DNA of 63,542 nt, counting the filler, from Choristocarpus tenellus KU-1152 (lineage: Eukaryota > Protista > Phaeophyceae), in assembly GCA_964200185.2 (NCBI GenBank). It is 11 parts of 11 records of this genome, joined end to end, with 100 filler letters (N's around TTAATTAATTAA, not from the genome) between each part and the next. Parts side by side here need not be neighbours in the genome. Positions count along the whole stretch, not along the records: positions 38,279 to 40,836 come from CAXNAD020026786.1; positions 40,937 to 58,946 come from CAXNAD020000590.1; 9 more parts are not named here. One strand, given 5' to 3'. Numbering within the stretch: position 1 is the first letter of the stretch; the number at the start of each line of letters is the position of its first letter. The notes under the pieces are model-generated. The model made no database searches. It saw only the letters and a list, made by a program, of their open reading frames with translations, and was not told the DNA's origin. Shown here piece by piece: positions 38,990 through 52,170 of this stretch. The position numbers and the translations under genes were made by a program.

Positions 38990-39329
38990 TGGAGGTTCAA
39001 CTCCGTTCACTAGGGTTTTGGAGAGAAAGTATGCCGCCATTTGTATCTTTTGCGTTACAACAGGGTTACAAAATTATCGGAGGGGAGGAGTAGGGCTGCT
39101 TGTACACTATAGACACCATCGGTGGAGTAGAATAGGAAATGCAGACACCACTGGTGGAGTAATGGAGGAAAGATAGAGCCAGGTAGATATTTCCGTATAT
39201 TTCAGTTGGACTCTACACAACGTTTATGTATGGTAGTTCAAATATGTTAGGGACCTGATACTGTATTATCAGTTGATATATCATGTATGGCACGTGTGAT
39301 AAGTAGATATGATCATTTTCTGATTATCC

Positions 39330-40790
39330 ATGTGGACGTTGCAAATCCCACATGGTAGGCTGCACTGGTCTTACCCACCTTGGAGCAGGCGTTTCACCAT
39401 TGGAGTGTGCTGTCGTACCTGTCTCCCTGCCCTGGGGCAGGTACGGGCATGTTTGAAATGTCTGGTTTCAACATTTTGCCTTCCTGCACCCTGCCACTGG
39501 ACACCTGTTGGATAGGGCCTCCTCCCTACCTAGGGATCCATTGACTGTGAGCTTAAATTCCAGAGGGGGGATTTGGCATGCTGATTCCAGAGGTTGAGTC
39601 GAGGTCCATGCGTTTGCCCCTTGTCCACACTGGCTTCGGTGGCGCACTAGGGCCAATGAGGAGCTTTCCCTCCCTTGGTGTGCCTCGCTTGGAAGGTCGG
39701 TCAGTAGTGTCCTGAAGGAGTCAAAAGGTATCTTGTTCAGGAGGCGTGTGATCTCATGTTGAGCCTCCTTGTGATCCTGGCGTCATGAGCGGCTAGGATA
39801 TGTTCCTCTGGGGCAGGTGCAGGGGGCGTTGTTCCCTCCCAGGTTACCCAGTCTTGGCCAATGGTTTCCGCAAGGTCTTCTGAGGGTACACCTGTGGAAA
39901 GGAGGCAGTGAATGGATGATCTATGGTGGGGCTCGTGGAGATACCTTGCGAGAAGGACTCGCCATGAGGCTCTCGCTGCCTTGCGAGGAGGGTGGGGAGA
40001 GTATCCACCAGTGATCCTACGAAAGCCGCATGTTGGCGGTATTATAAAGAGGAGAGGCCCAGACCCTCCGCACTTGTGGGCATCTGTGCCTGTACTTCTT
40101 GGTGAGTATTTAGGCGGAGAGACTCATTGTTGCACCCTCCTTCAAAGAAATCTGTATCCTCTGTTGAGTCTTCCACCTTCATTATCCTCTCTAGTGTCCA
40201 CAGTGAGGTGACGACTGCTTGCTCCATGGTGGAGCGTGCCAAGGTGGGGAAAGTGACCCTTGCAAGATAGCCTAGCCAGGAGGAGAGAGAGCAGGAGTTG
40301 GGGAGCCAGACCACCTGTTTGTCCTCCATCTCGCTGAGGTGTGTGGCCAAAGCTCGTGTCGCAGAGCTCTCGATCACCTCAGCCATATGAGTTCGAATAA
40401 AACCATCTATTCCCACATGAGCCCCTAATGTGACAAAACCATTGGGGTTCGGGGCTAGGTTGATTCCCGCTGCATAGAGGAGATCCAGTTCCGAGAGCAT
40501 GGGTTGGTGGCCCTGGCGAGGTGCAGCAAAGGTTTTGTCTATATTTAGGTTAGTGCCTACCTCATGGAGGTCAGTTTTTAACTGCTCGAAAGCAGCTATA
40601 GTGTCAGGGCCGATCACCCTTGCAGATATGGACGTGTCGTCCAGATAGCTCTGAGAGGAAATCCCTTGGCGTCCAAAAACTGATAGAACCTGTTGCAAGG
40701 CCTTGTGTGTTGCCATGCAATATAAGAGGGGGCCCAGTGGGTCTCCTTGTTGTGCCTCAGATCTTGATAGCAGGATCTTCATCCCTCCCT
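39330..40790 (-). mobile_element. CRE-clade non-LTR retrotransposon, degenerate RT and C-terminal region
   Basis: AQQGDPLGPLLYC, SYLDDT, LNIDKT, TLGAHVG, LGYLARV, EGLGL, then RSQCGQGANAW...EF...LG...RCPVAGC. Frameshifted. Cut at its 5' side by a MITE at 40816. Confidence 0.88.
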
Positions 40791-40815
40791 CATGCAGGAG
40801 GAAAAGAAGATTGCG

Positions 40816-40836
40816 GGGTCAAAGTATCTTGGGGGG
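40816..40836. mobile_element. MITE subfamily B TIR at contig end, inserted in the CRE element
   Basis: GGGTCAAAGTATCTTGGGGGG. Confidence 0.72.
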
Positions 40837-40936
40837 NNNNNNNNNNNNNNNNNNNNNNNNNNNNNNNNNNNNNNNNNNNNTTAATTAATTAANNNNNNNN
40901 NNNNNNNNNNNNNNNNNNNNNNNNNNNNNNNNNNNN

Positions 40937-40981
40937 GTGAAAAACGGACACCGGCACCCCCCCCCCCAGATACTTTGACCC
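40937..40981. mobile_element. MITE subfamily B, right end, at contig start
   Basis: GTGAAAAACGGAC...poly-C AGATACTTTGACCC. Confidence 0.8.
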
Positions 40982-43900
40982 TCACTACACCCAACCTTTA
41001 TCCCAAGCGAGCAGCAAGTATGCAAACGACCAACTCGAAAAAGGGAAGGTTCAAAGTAATCTTACACGTAGAGTGTACAATCTATATATTGAGAATACTT
41101 TGGAGTATTGAGTTTACATGAATGGAAGATGATAACCTGACGTACATGACATCTCATACTCATGGCATTCGAAATACATTTGAGGATAATGGACACCCTC
41201 AAGCAGGTGTATCTCGACCAGTCAAACATCGAGCTTGAAAAAACTCTTACGTTCATCATATTAAAACATTGTCAACCACCCATCTTCGTTGTTGACAGGA
41301 CTTTCGTCACATAGTAGGCACTGTCTTCAAGACTCCTCCTCACTCTCCAGGTTGTGGATTGGAGGTATGTATCTCATTGAGGTAAACTGTGGGAGCGTTT
41401 TGTAACACTACCACCCAACAATAGTAGATAAATCCTGGAATGTGTGGAAAGCGGGGTTGTTCATTAGCATACCATTATTGCTGTATGTCATATTTACCGG
41501 TATAACGATTGAGGTTCCTTGTCAGGAATCCCGGATTCCAGTGGAGGATCTTCTGTGAGGTTGAGGCGAGAAATATTTTAGAGAGACCAATCCCACAAGT
41601 AGTGGACAACTCTTCAATCAGAGATGTCAAACATCAAAGATCCTCTTTGTCGTTTCTTCTTGACATTCTGATGATCCCCCTCTTATGAGATTCTCATCAC
41701 TCTGGAATTTTCTGTAGTTCTCTCTGCAGGTTTTGCACATTTCCAAGCTTAACTCGTTCTCTGGGGTTACGATTCGTCTTGGTTCGTCTGGTCTGTCTTG
41801 CCAGCGATTCTCTTCGCCATCCTTGCCTGAGTGAACCATACTGCCATGAAATCATACGATTCACACATTGTTTCTTTTATTGGTCCTCTAACTTCTATTG
41901 ATGATGTCAAATACCAAATCAAAAAGAGTTGGAGTGTGAAACAAGATCAGAAATTGATTGCATTGCCTATTTCTTTGTGTATCCAACTTTCTTTTTTGAA
42001 GTGTGGATCATTTTTGATATTAGATTGAACTACTCTTATTCCACAGTCAGTGTGTTTCCGCCTTGTTCTTGATTAAATATATTTGTGGTTTATAGCGAGT
42101 AGCGACAAATGGGATATTATATTTGTGCAAAATAGGGCAATAGTGAGGTGTACCTTATTTTGTATATGAGAGATGTAACTAATGAGATAGTACATCCGGA
42201 TTATGATTGGGAATATGTATGGAGTTCTATTCTGCATTCAACTACTTTGACATAACCATGGACTTATGTATGAGGCACGAATAATAATAAACAAGCAATG
42301 AGAAGATACCCCGCAAAGGTCACTCTTCTAATTCCATCCATTCTTTCACGTTCAGCAAAGGGGGTCGTGTGAGGCTCTACACCTTCTTGTCTTCACTACG
42401 GATAAATAGCAATACCTTCAAAGGATATTTACATAATATTATGCCCTCTGACATTTTGCAAATATATCAGGGAAAAAGTCAAACCACTATCACATGGACC
42501 CCTACGAAAGTAACAGTTGCAAATGTGAAATTTATCTCTCAAAAAAATGTTTACTATTTGAATACCGCCTATACTCCAACACTCTCTTAAATGGAGGTAA
42601 TTGGAATGTTATGTGTAAATTGCTGCTATGCCTCCAACCTAGCTTGGCTCTATACAAGTGGGCGAGGGGCTAGGGAAGCATCTCAAGAATCTGATAGGCC
42701 CCTCCTTGCCCATCTGCCTGATGCCTCCCGCTTGAAACGCATGACACGTCTCAAGAGAGCCACCTTTGTAGTGACAGACACTATCTATCGTAAGCGGGAT
42801 TTGACTGCCCCTTTCCTGTTGTAACCTCCCGCCTCTTTCCCCCCCACTGCATGTGAAACCAACTCATCCAGAAAATTTCTGCTTGCTTACCGAGGCACCC
42901 TAAAACTTTCCAATGCGAGGGTATTGAGTTTAAAATATATGGGATACAAGTAGTCGGTGTATTTTGGTAAATGGGTGTGATGATAGTACTTGTTGTCCAG
43001 ACTTTGGATGATCAAAGAAAGAAGTACATTGTCTGACTAGAAGTTTGGGGCCTTGTGAAGAGGGTTTATGAAGATGTTCTCTAACTAGGAATATATTACA
43101 TCCTGTTGTATAGAAGTACACGATTAAACTCGAAGTGTAAGTAGGGTCAAAGATAGCCACAAAAGAAAATCAACATACGAGAAGGAGTCATGGGTTTTAT
43201 GTGAAGATCAAAGAAAACAAAGAAACAAAATGGAATCGATGTCTGGAACAGTTCATACAACACATGCTATGTTTGTATGTTTGACAGATGTCGACTGTTC
43301 CATACTTCACCACCAGTTCTCTATCAGTAGTTGATGATACCACGACATATATATATATATAGTTTTCATTGGTTCCCCACTGACACATCTGCAAAATGTC
43401 AGAGGGCATGATAATAATATTCCACGAAGAGGTCCTAATGATGTAAATGTGACAAGCGATCAGCACCGATATGCGAACAAACAGTCAGTATGAAGTGGTA
43501 ATCAAGTATACAAAAGGTAAGTAGGCTATGTCTTAACACTGATCGTACAGGTTATTATACCGTTGTAGATATGTTAATGGTCGTTGTGTAGTTCGCGTGT
43601 CCTTCTGTTTGCCCTCTCCTCCAAATCTCCAATAAAAAAAATATACTCAAATTTGATTGATCTCCCACAATGAAATTGGTGTGGTAGAGATAGGTATGGA
43701 TGGACGACCTATCTCTTATGCCCCTTGTGACGATGGATCCATGTACTGAAGGAGGTAGGTGTAGCCATGGACGTTTGTTCGGTATGATAATACTCGCCAA
43801 GGTCGGGCAAGGAATAAGGAGAGTAGAGAAGAATGATAAGTGGGTTCACTCTCGCTTGACCGTGTAGACTTCTGCGCCGTTTGGAACGACTCGGGTCCAC

Positions 43901-45109
43901 TGGGACTGTTTTCGTGGTGCAAGGACCATGTCAATGTGTACGCCAGACTTTTTTGTGGTAGGGATGCAGAGGGGCGAGGGGGTGACAAACGTTCTTCGCT
44001 TAGTTTCCTTGGCGGTGGTTGCGAGTGCTTCGTTCGCATGGTTCAGCCACATGAATACCAAGCGTATGATAATCATGTTTCTTCACTGGGCTAGGTGAGC
44101 TGCAGAGCTTGCGTGGGTGCAAAAAGATTTGTTTTCTACAACAAGATGCAGTGTGCGTGCGTGGTCTCAGCTTGACTCGCGCACCAGGAGAACATATGAT
44201 TAGAGTCTCTGTAAGGTGGGGTGGATACTCAGGTTAGGTTAGTCATGGGCGCACCAGCTAATCTGCATGTTGGTGCTAGTTAATGTGTTAGAATTTTGTG
44301 TCGCATGCGATGATGTTAAAGTGGAGGCATAGATGGCATGATGTACAGCCCCTCCAAGTGGAATGCTGTCGTGACGATGGGTGTTCGTAGTGCGTTGTAC
44401 CTTTCCCATTTAGGTCATAGTGAGGGCCATTTTTTAGCAGAAGTTATCTTGTTGGCCGCAGTTTGTTGTCTATTGCATTGTTATCATGATCGTGTTTGGT
44501 GCCTTGAATGATGTAGATTAATTTTTCTACAGAATGCTAACTCGTTGTCTCGTCCCGCCTTCGTACCCGCCTGGCGGCCCGCGATCATGTTCAACCTGGC
44601 AACCAAAGTGGGTTCGGGTTTGCCCTTGCCCACTCCATCTTGACCACTCTGGTCATGAATTGCTGGTCCACTAATGAAATGAAACCCGTCATCTTCTTCC
44701 TGAAGTTCGTTGAGTTATCTTGCCTCAACATATTTTCCCTGAGCAACCTTGCTCTCACATTAAGTCTCGCCCACATCAACGAGGTAAGAGGATGGAGTTG
44801 TTTAGCAAAGCAATGCTAGTGCACCTAGTCCTGCATATGAAAAAGGTGAAGTCCGTGTATCCCCCTCGATAAGCCAAGTTTGATAGATCGGATAAGATTA
44901 CACTTGTTTCGATCCGGTCTAACTTTACGGCTACTCAGAGGGTGTGGTAATGAACATTAACAACTGGCCATGGTCCTTTAAGATAACCGTAAATACCCTA
45001 ACCCCTAGCGGATGCTATATTGGTATGTTGTGTATTATTATGTGGATCTCAGTCCCTGATTATAGACAGTTTCATAGTACGTAGTCGAGTGATCCTAGAG
45101 CTAGCACTA

Positions 45110-45600
45110 CCAGTTTGAGTCGTGCCTACTGTAACATCAGATATCGAGGCTCCTCCTGGCTAACGAAATGGCTTTGACAACTTTATAGAGCTACCTCTAC
45201 TAGTTGGCGCCGTGCCTACTGTAACATCAGGTGTCGAGGCTGCTTTTGGCTAACAAAAAGGCTTTGATAACTTGTCACGAACTTGACCTCTCGAGAAGGG
45301 TAATGGGGGTGATGTTGCGCTCATGAATTGGATCTCCGATCTGGCTTCTATTACATGTACTAGAGCTCATCAGAGACTTACTGGCAAAAACCTTAATTGC
45401 CATAGGACCTTGGATAAAGGGAACTGAGTATCTGAATTAACGCCCACATGAGTTATTGCTCCAGTCTAGATAATAAAAAATGGTATTCCCCAACTTGACT
45501 CACCTTTATGATCCCTCCCCTCCACCTTGACAGAAATACAGGAGGTGCCAGTGTATCAATGGTGATGACATCACGCTCTTGGCGAAAGCTGTTGTGGTTG
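45110..45600 (+). mobile_element. Highly decayed non-LTR reverse transcriptase fragment
   Basis: KGFDN (AFD-like, in a locally duplicated segment of about 90 bp), NGIPQ and NGDDITLLA in RT order. Confidence 0.42.
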
Positions 45601-46320
45601 TTGCTGTTGCCATGGCTCTGAGCTCAGTCCCCTTCTGGAATGAACTACTTGTGACTGGCACCTACTATTGGGTTGTATCCAATGGCCCGGTGAGAGTTGT
45701 GAGGGTTTTCATTATATCATGTTCCGTCACCCAATATTAATATCTGGTAGGATCACGAATTGTGAGGTATAATGACCCTGTTGTGGTTGAGTCATATACC
45801 AGTTGTTTGCAGAATATACAAGCGTGTAGTATGTATGTTGTCTAGATTTATGCTTGATGGCTTGTGACATCACACATTGTACAACAGAGGAGTATGTTCC
45901 TTAGCTTTATGTACAGTTTTCTGTTACTGTTCTAGTGGAATCATGGTTTTGGAGCATCAGGTGTTCTTAAGAGTTCTGTATAGCACATCTGGAATGCTGT
46001 ACATTGGGCCATCTGTTAGTCAATATGTTGGATGATGAGAGAGTTAGTAAAGTGGTCCATGTAATGGAGGGTGATCACTACCTCGTCTGAGGTTGGATAA
46101 CTCTACGCCTAATGCAAAGAAACTGATATATCAACCATTTTTGGCTATAGTCACATTTACGTGCTAGTTAGTACTTACGAAGGGCTATATTTGATTAGTA
46201 TTATTTACATTAGTCTGAGGGTTTCCAGACCCATGGTCGAAAGGTAGTCAGAAGAAGGCAGTATACACTGGATGAGAACTGTATCAAGTACTATAGAAGA
46301 AAAAAGGAAGAGAAGTGAAA

Positions 46321-46597
46321 GGCTCAGAGAATCTGGGGGGGGGGTGGCGGCTGTCCACTTGGGGCCCATTTTTCCATGTCGCAATTTTGGGATGATTTTT
46401 GGTTGCATGTTTCAGATGGATAAAGTACACATTTCCTGGTCAGGGTCCAAATGGACACCCTGGTGTAGAGCGCCCACACACCTCCCCCAGGTACTTCGAG
46501 ACAAAGTAATAGTNNNNNNNNNNCATTTCCTGGTCAGGGTCCAAATGGACACCCTGGTGTAGACCCCCCCCCCCACCTCCCCCAGATACTTTGAGCC
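46321..46597. mobile_element. MITE subfamily A (right part duplicated across a 10-N gap)
   Basis: GGCTCAGAGAATCT...AGATACTTTGAGCC, AAA/AAA duplication. Confidence 0.8.
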
Positions 46598-46869
46598 AAA
46601 ATAATAGAAAAAAGATTTCAAAAGAAGGAAGAGAGAAGAAAGAACTCAGTAAGTATGAGGGTATTGAAGAGAACCCAGGTGTAATGCACTAACACCCACA
46701 AAACTTGAGTCGTACCAGGTTCATCAGAGCCGAAAAACACCACTCATCGCATGTCACACCAAGGAAACAAGGGGCATGCAAGAAAAATCACCTCAAAATG
46801 ACGAATGTATTGAGAAGAAACGGCATTCGGCAGACACAGTTGTGGCAGTAGTGGTGAACTTGGTTGCTT

Positions 46870-47830
46870 AGGCTGACTTAGCTGCTGCGTTATCATGATG
46901 TACATCAGCTATCACAGTTCCATTGGAATGCCACTCTGCAATCATGAAGCTCTTTGTGCCGCCGACCACACACTTACACCAACTGTGTTGATTGGTTGCC
47001 CTTATGCACCATCCCTCAGCTTTGATTCTAAACTTCTCGAGATTGCCTTGGAGGTACATCCGCCAGTTCTTCTCCTGTTCACCTTGGGAAATCACTCATC
47101 CTCTATGTGTACAAGTAGCCCTGTGAATAACATCCGTTTGTGTACAACCGACTCAATACTATACACATCCAGTCTTTTACAGGGGCATCTTCGTACGATA
47201 GTGTGAGATCAGAGTGCTCCCTTTTGAAAAATCCAATGCAATATGGAAGGATTTTGTAATGGGAGCTAAGCTTTGTTGAGTGGACCTGGCAGGGGCTCCA
47301 TGCCATACAATCATATGCAAAACCTCGACCACTTGAGCCTTGAGCATTCAAATTTTAAGCTCAAGTGATGCACCTGTGGTCGTGTTGTAAAGAACTTGGG
47401 TGTACTTGCAGAAACAATTCCATCCTTTTTGGTCCCACCGACTAATCTTGGTGGTGATAGCAGCTTGATTACTGGTGTTTCCTCCAAGTTGAATAAATGT
47501 TACAGTCTGCTTGTACTTCTGGCCCAGCATGTGGATCTGCATAATGTATCTGTGGCCTTGCTGGGTGGCCGATGACACATGGTCTCCATCTTCAACTCTG
47601 ACACAGTCAGACTGGATGACCTTGACCACGTCTACAATCACTATAATCCTGATCAAACCTCCTTGGGTCTTACACACATGATGCCCGCATTGCCAGCATA
47701 TAACGTACCTCACAGGAACCAATCGAGTGTTGTCCACTCCCTTTTGTTCCTTCTCTGACTGGCAGTGCTAAGTGTAGCAGTTTGTGAGTTCACGTCTGAC
47801 CCGGCCATCTCGAAGGATCTTGTTCCCATT
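46870..47830 (-). mobile_element. RTE-clade LINE, 5'-truncated and decayed
   Basis: TLYAGNAGI (YADD-derived), GQKYKQTVTFIQLGG, KISRW..GWNCFCKYTQVLY, LELKI*MLKAQVVEVL, LTLSYEDA, GEQEKNWRMYLQGNLEKFRI...W match RT-thumb and C-terminal segments of RTE LINEs. Confidence 0.82.
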
Positions 47831-49659
47831 AAGAGAACGACCACAAAAAATATGCTACAAAACAGTGCATTAGAAACACACTAGAAGCTATCTTTAGATT
47901 CAAAAGTTGTGGTTATTTTTAACTATTGTTGATCACTACCCCTTTCCCTTCCAACCCAAACCCGAACTGAACTCTGACCCTAACTTCTACCTGTAGTCCA
48001 ACAACGTTTGTTAAAGACCACTGAAGGGATGGTTAGTCCAGATAGTATTTCTTAAAAGTACGATCTGGCAGGCCTTGGCCTGTGATCCCTTAATTGGTAC
48101 CGTAGAATTCCCTGCTTACCACTTTAAAGGTCGATGTTATGTACAGACCCCACAACTACACATATGTTTGTTGCTCAATCATCAGGTCTTTGAAGGTAGG
48201 CACAGACCCCCCTTCGGCACAGCCCACCCTTTCCGACCAAACACCCCCCCAACCTGTGCCTTTTCTTCTAGCGCTGCTGGAGCACCCAGTGTCTTCTGGC
48301 TGGTGGAGCTTCTCCTACTCTTTCCTCCTGGACACACACCACAATTGGTCCCCCTTTGCCTTTCCGTGAGTTCTGCTCGAGGACTTGGCTACTTTGTGGC
48401 GGGTGTTCTACTTCTCCTTTTCCCCTAGCACATCCCCAACGGGTTTGCTGGAGCTCACCCCCCTTGCACATTACATACAGTCTCCCCCTCTTGTCTTTCC
48501 CCTTGGTGCTGCTCAAGCATGTGACTACTTACGGCCAGATTCTCTTATCTTTTCCGCAAGCACAGCTCGCTTGGGTGTACCCAGACGCAAAACCGCCACG
48601 ATTCTTTTCCTCCTGGGACTGGTGAACACTGGGTACTACCTGACATAGCTTTCCCACCTCTTTCCCCCCTGGCACAGTCCTGCCCCCTCTTACTCGCAGC
48701 GTTGTGCCCTGCAGTACCCTATCCTGACGATAGAAAGTCAGCAGTAGCCCATAAAGCTTGTTGTAAGTGAGACACAGGAGTACCTCACAGGATCAAATCT
48801 CGATAGTTTTGTCACAGAATGTTCGCCCAAGTGCGAATAACTCTTGAGACAGATTTAGTTCTGTTGAAAAATTGTAAAGACATTACGAGTATGGTGAGGT
48901 GCTGGGGCCAAGTGCGCAATAAGAGGATGTTTTTGCAAGAGATTCACTGGAAAAAAGGAAAAAATAGCATCTTTGCCACACGTTTGTGTGAGGCACAGAT
49001 ACAACGACAACAGTATAAATGAGGTGCAGGCCACACTCGCACCTCCATTGGTTGGATCCCACGACTGCAACCGCTGACATCTTCCACACAAGTCTTTATT
49101 CCTATGTTCCCAAAGACACCTTGCGTGGGACCCTTGCATTGACTGCTCTGAGTAATAGGAAGTGGGTTTCAAAAGTGTTTTCCTTGGTATGGTATGATTG
49201 CCTAACAAGCCCACCTTGTGGAATTTTGAGGAAACTCATCACACTGCTAACAATAAATACAAACAGTAGGGGAAACAGTGACAGGCCAAGGCATCAGTGA
49301 CTGAGGGTACCAAGTGCAAACGAAGCCAAACATCTGAGAGGGACGGACACTTGTTTGCAAAGCATGTGTGTGGCACCTAGGGGGGAAAAAGACAAGTACC
49401 ACACCATATTTGGCAAAGTAATAAGGATTGCGCGTCTTGATGTCGTGTGATTGAGGGGGTGACAGTGACCGAGAACTATTGATATTTATATAATCTGTCA
49501 CCACCGCCAATTAGGAACTTCGTTTGGGGATTGACAATCCTCTGCAATCAGGAATTTTGAATTAAGAATGAAATATACTTAGTACAAAAACTCAGTGCCC
49601 AACATCTCACCTCAAGATGATCACCCTTTACACGATTTTTATTTCTAGCTTCACTGGAC

Positions 49660-52170
49660 TTAGGAATTATGATATACGTATGTATTACCTACTACTCCAG
49701 TAATATAAGGGGAAAACAAGTACGGAATTGTTAGAGTTTTTGTATGCACGGGTAGTATTATTCGATGTCGAGCTGTAGACCTATGCTTTCTGCTCCAGAG
49801 TACTTTATGAATAGTATGCAAAATGTTTCCATCTTTACATGACGGATTCTGTAATAACTCTTCTGCTACTACTAATACTGCTTTGTCATATTCGCAATAA
49901 TTTAAGTTCTCGAAAAGCACGTTATATTTCAGGTAAAGGTACCCCTTCTATGAGAATAGGCTCTTCTCATCATACAATGAACAATGAGGATGTCTATCCC
50001 CAGAGTCTTGAGCGGTAGTTGCCTAGCAACACTTTATGCTGTCATTACACAGGGCAAAATGGCATGCATGATGGAGATCAAATTTGCCCCATTCAGGTTT
50101 TCCTTAGCGATGATGCTACTTATGCTCCTTCACGGCATGAAATCCATACTTCAAAGGAGATTGCTTTGTGCACAGGCCATCATTTCTCCAAATAACGTTG
50201 TCAGTGATAAGGCGTGAGACCTGGGATTTTGAGTCTGAAAACGATGACTCGGTTTGGAGTTTTGCCTTGTATTTTATTGACCAAAGTTCATTAGGCAGCT
50301 TTGTTGTGGATGGAGCTGTTGAGTAAATACATCATACAGACCTCTGCTACGCTTGGTGGAAATGACTGCCACTACGAAATCTTTCACACAGCTTTATCAT
50401 TCTTGGTGGCCTTTCCTGATAATAAAAATGCCGTATGCTGTGTTGAGGCTTCAATTTGGATTGGTTTTGCAGCAGAGGCTATTTTTGTTAGAAAATGGTC
50501 TTCTGCTCGACTTCTGGCTACTTACTACTCAAACTATATTTATCATGTTTAATAGCAGATGCAATTTGGCATGGGGTTTCGTTTTCGGAAATGCCACTGC
50601 TCTGTGCTGTATGAAAGATTAATTTTATCAACCCAGAGTGTTGAGAATAAAAAAGGTTACATATGTGATGAGAAGAAGAGGTTAGACCTGTATCTATGGT
50701 ATTATGTACAATACTGAAAGAAAACATTTGAACACTGGTGGCGAGTATTTTATGGATAGGATTTTGGCGCTCTCATAAATCAGTTGCTGGTTGTAGTGGC
50801 ATCCCAGCAAACAATTAAAATAATATGTAGTACCATATCTGCAACCCGTGCAGTACATCTTCACTGAACAAACAATTTTTCAACGACAATTTCGATGTGC
50901 TCAATCAAAGATTCGACCTTGTAAACCTATAAATACAATCATTCGTTTCAATATATTTCCCCCTCATAAAGGTATGTTCAATGATCGCTGCAGAACTTGC
51001 CATCACAGGTACCACATATATGATTCAAAACCATAATTATATCGGCCTTTCTATTTCAATTTACCCTACCTCTTTGAATTCACTCTATGCTTGTTTCTCC
51101 TGTAACAAGGGAGAGTTATACCCACCAATTTGTTATGGTATAAATCAGGCATATTGCCTTGAGATTGACGTGGAAAGAAAGGGGCTTCAGTTCGTGCTCT
51201 GATAATTTTAATCCTGTATAGCTGTGGCGATAAAGAACCTATCTCTATGCAGGATACCCATTACTCGTCTTGTTTTGTTTATGAACGAATTTAACTATAA
51301 GAATGCCGAGGTATTGTAGTACTGATTGTCAAATACCCTGAAGAATTTGATCACTTTGGAGGTTGAGGGTTTGAACCCGATGGAATACCATTCCACTAGT
51401 TGAGTGACTTGCTATCGTCCTGATGGCACTGGTGTCTCAGCATTTGACACTTACTGATGGTATTGCTCGTAATGATCTCCCCTGGCTCTGGGGTCTACTG
51501 AGAACAGGAGGTGTTGGACCTTCTTTGGCAGACCGTTAATGTTAGAGGTATGTTTCATCTGCATCTTGATTGAGATATTTTGAAGTTTTCTACTTTTGCG
51601 AATCATACTGATTGGATAAATATTCCACTAATAATAGTAGATCTAGCGGCGTATAAATCCAAGGAAACTATTCTCCCTTTTTTTGTATTTGGAGTTGTGT
51701 TTGGATGGTGGTATGAAATATTTAGATACCACTGTTCCACAGGATCAGTTAGATGTGTGACTGTCTGCCCCTGTGGAACAATAGTATCTCAACATTGTCA
51801 GGTGGGAAGCTACAAAAGCAAGCTATTTTAACACTTCTATGAGTTCATTGACCTTGAGTGTGCCCAGGACAAATTGGATGAGTACCCCTACATCTTGACT
51901 ATGATGCTGGACCATCTCCTGGGTAGGCCCTTGTCTGTGCAGAGGATGTTCGTTGGCTGCTGCGTTCACCAACATGAGCTTCTTTCCTTGACGCAGTGAG
52001 ATTTGTTCTCACTCTGTTGGGAGCGTCTTGTGATACTTTTATTATTTGTACACTTTTCCACTTGTAGGTCAAACTCTGTAGAAGAGCTCAGTATTCTCTC
52101 TGTAAATTTGGAACGTTGGAAGTGAGATCGTATAGTGATCTCTCTGCCTTGAACTACCACACATCTAGAA
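49660..52170 (-). mobile_element. Decayed Ty3/gypsy LTR retrotransposon pol remnant
   Basis: In 5'-3' order: protease-like VSLDLYAARSTIISG (about 51650), RT-start FVHK / KQDE*WVSCIE (about 51270), integrase SMDF...MHAILP..MTA*SVAR (about 50020-50150). PR-RT-INT order fits gypsy. LTRs not located. Confidence 0.6.

Noticed and set aside
40816-40981. Left and right MITE-B ends facing each other across a linker
   Set aside because: Flanks do not match (GCG vs TCA) and the CRE sequence does not resume, so they are different copies.
41050-41840. Possible hAT or other transposase relic
   Set aside because: Only vague motif similarity with many stops; cannot be supported.
43720-44900. Possible LINE C-terminal relic
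   Set aside because: No diagnostic motif recoverable by eye.
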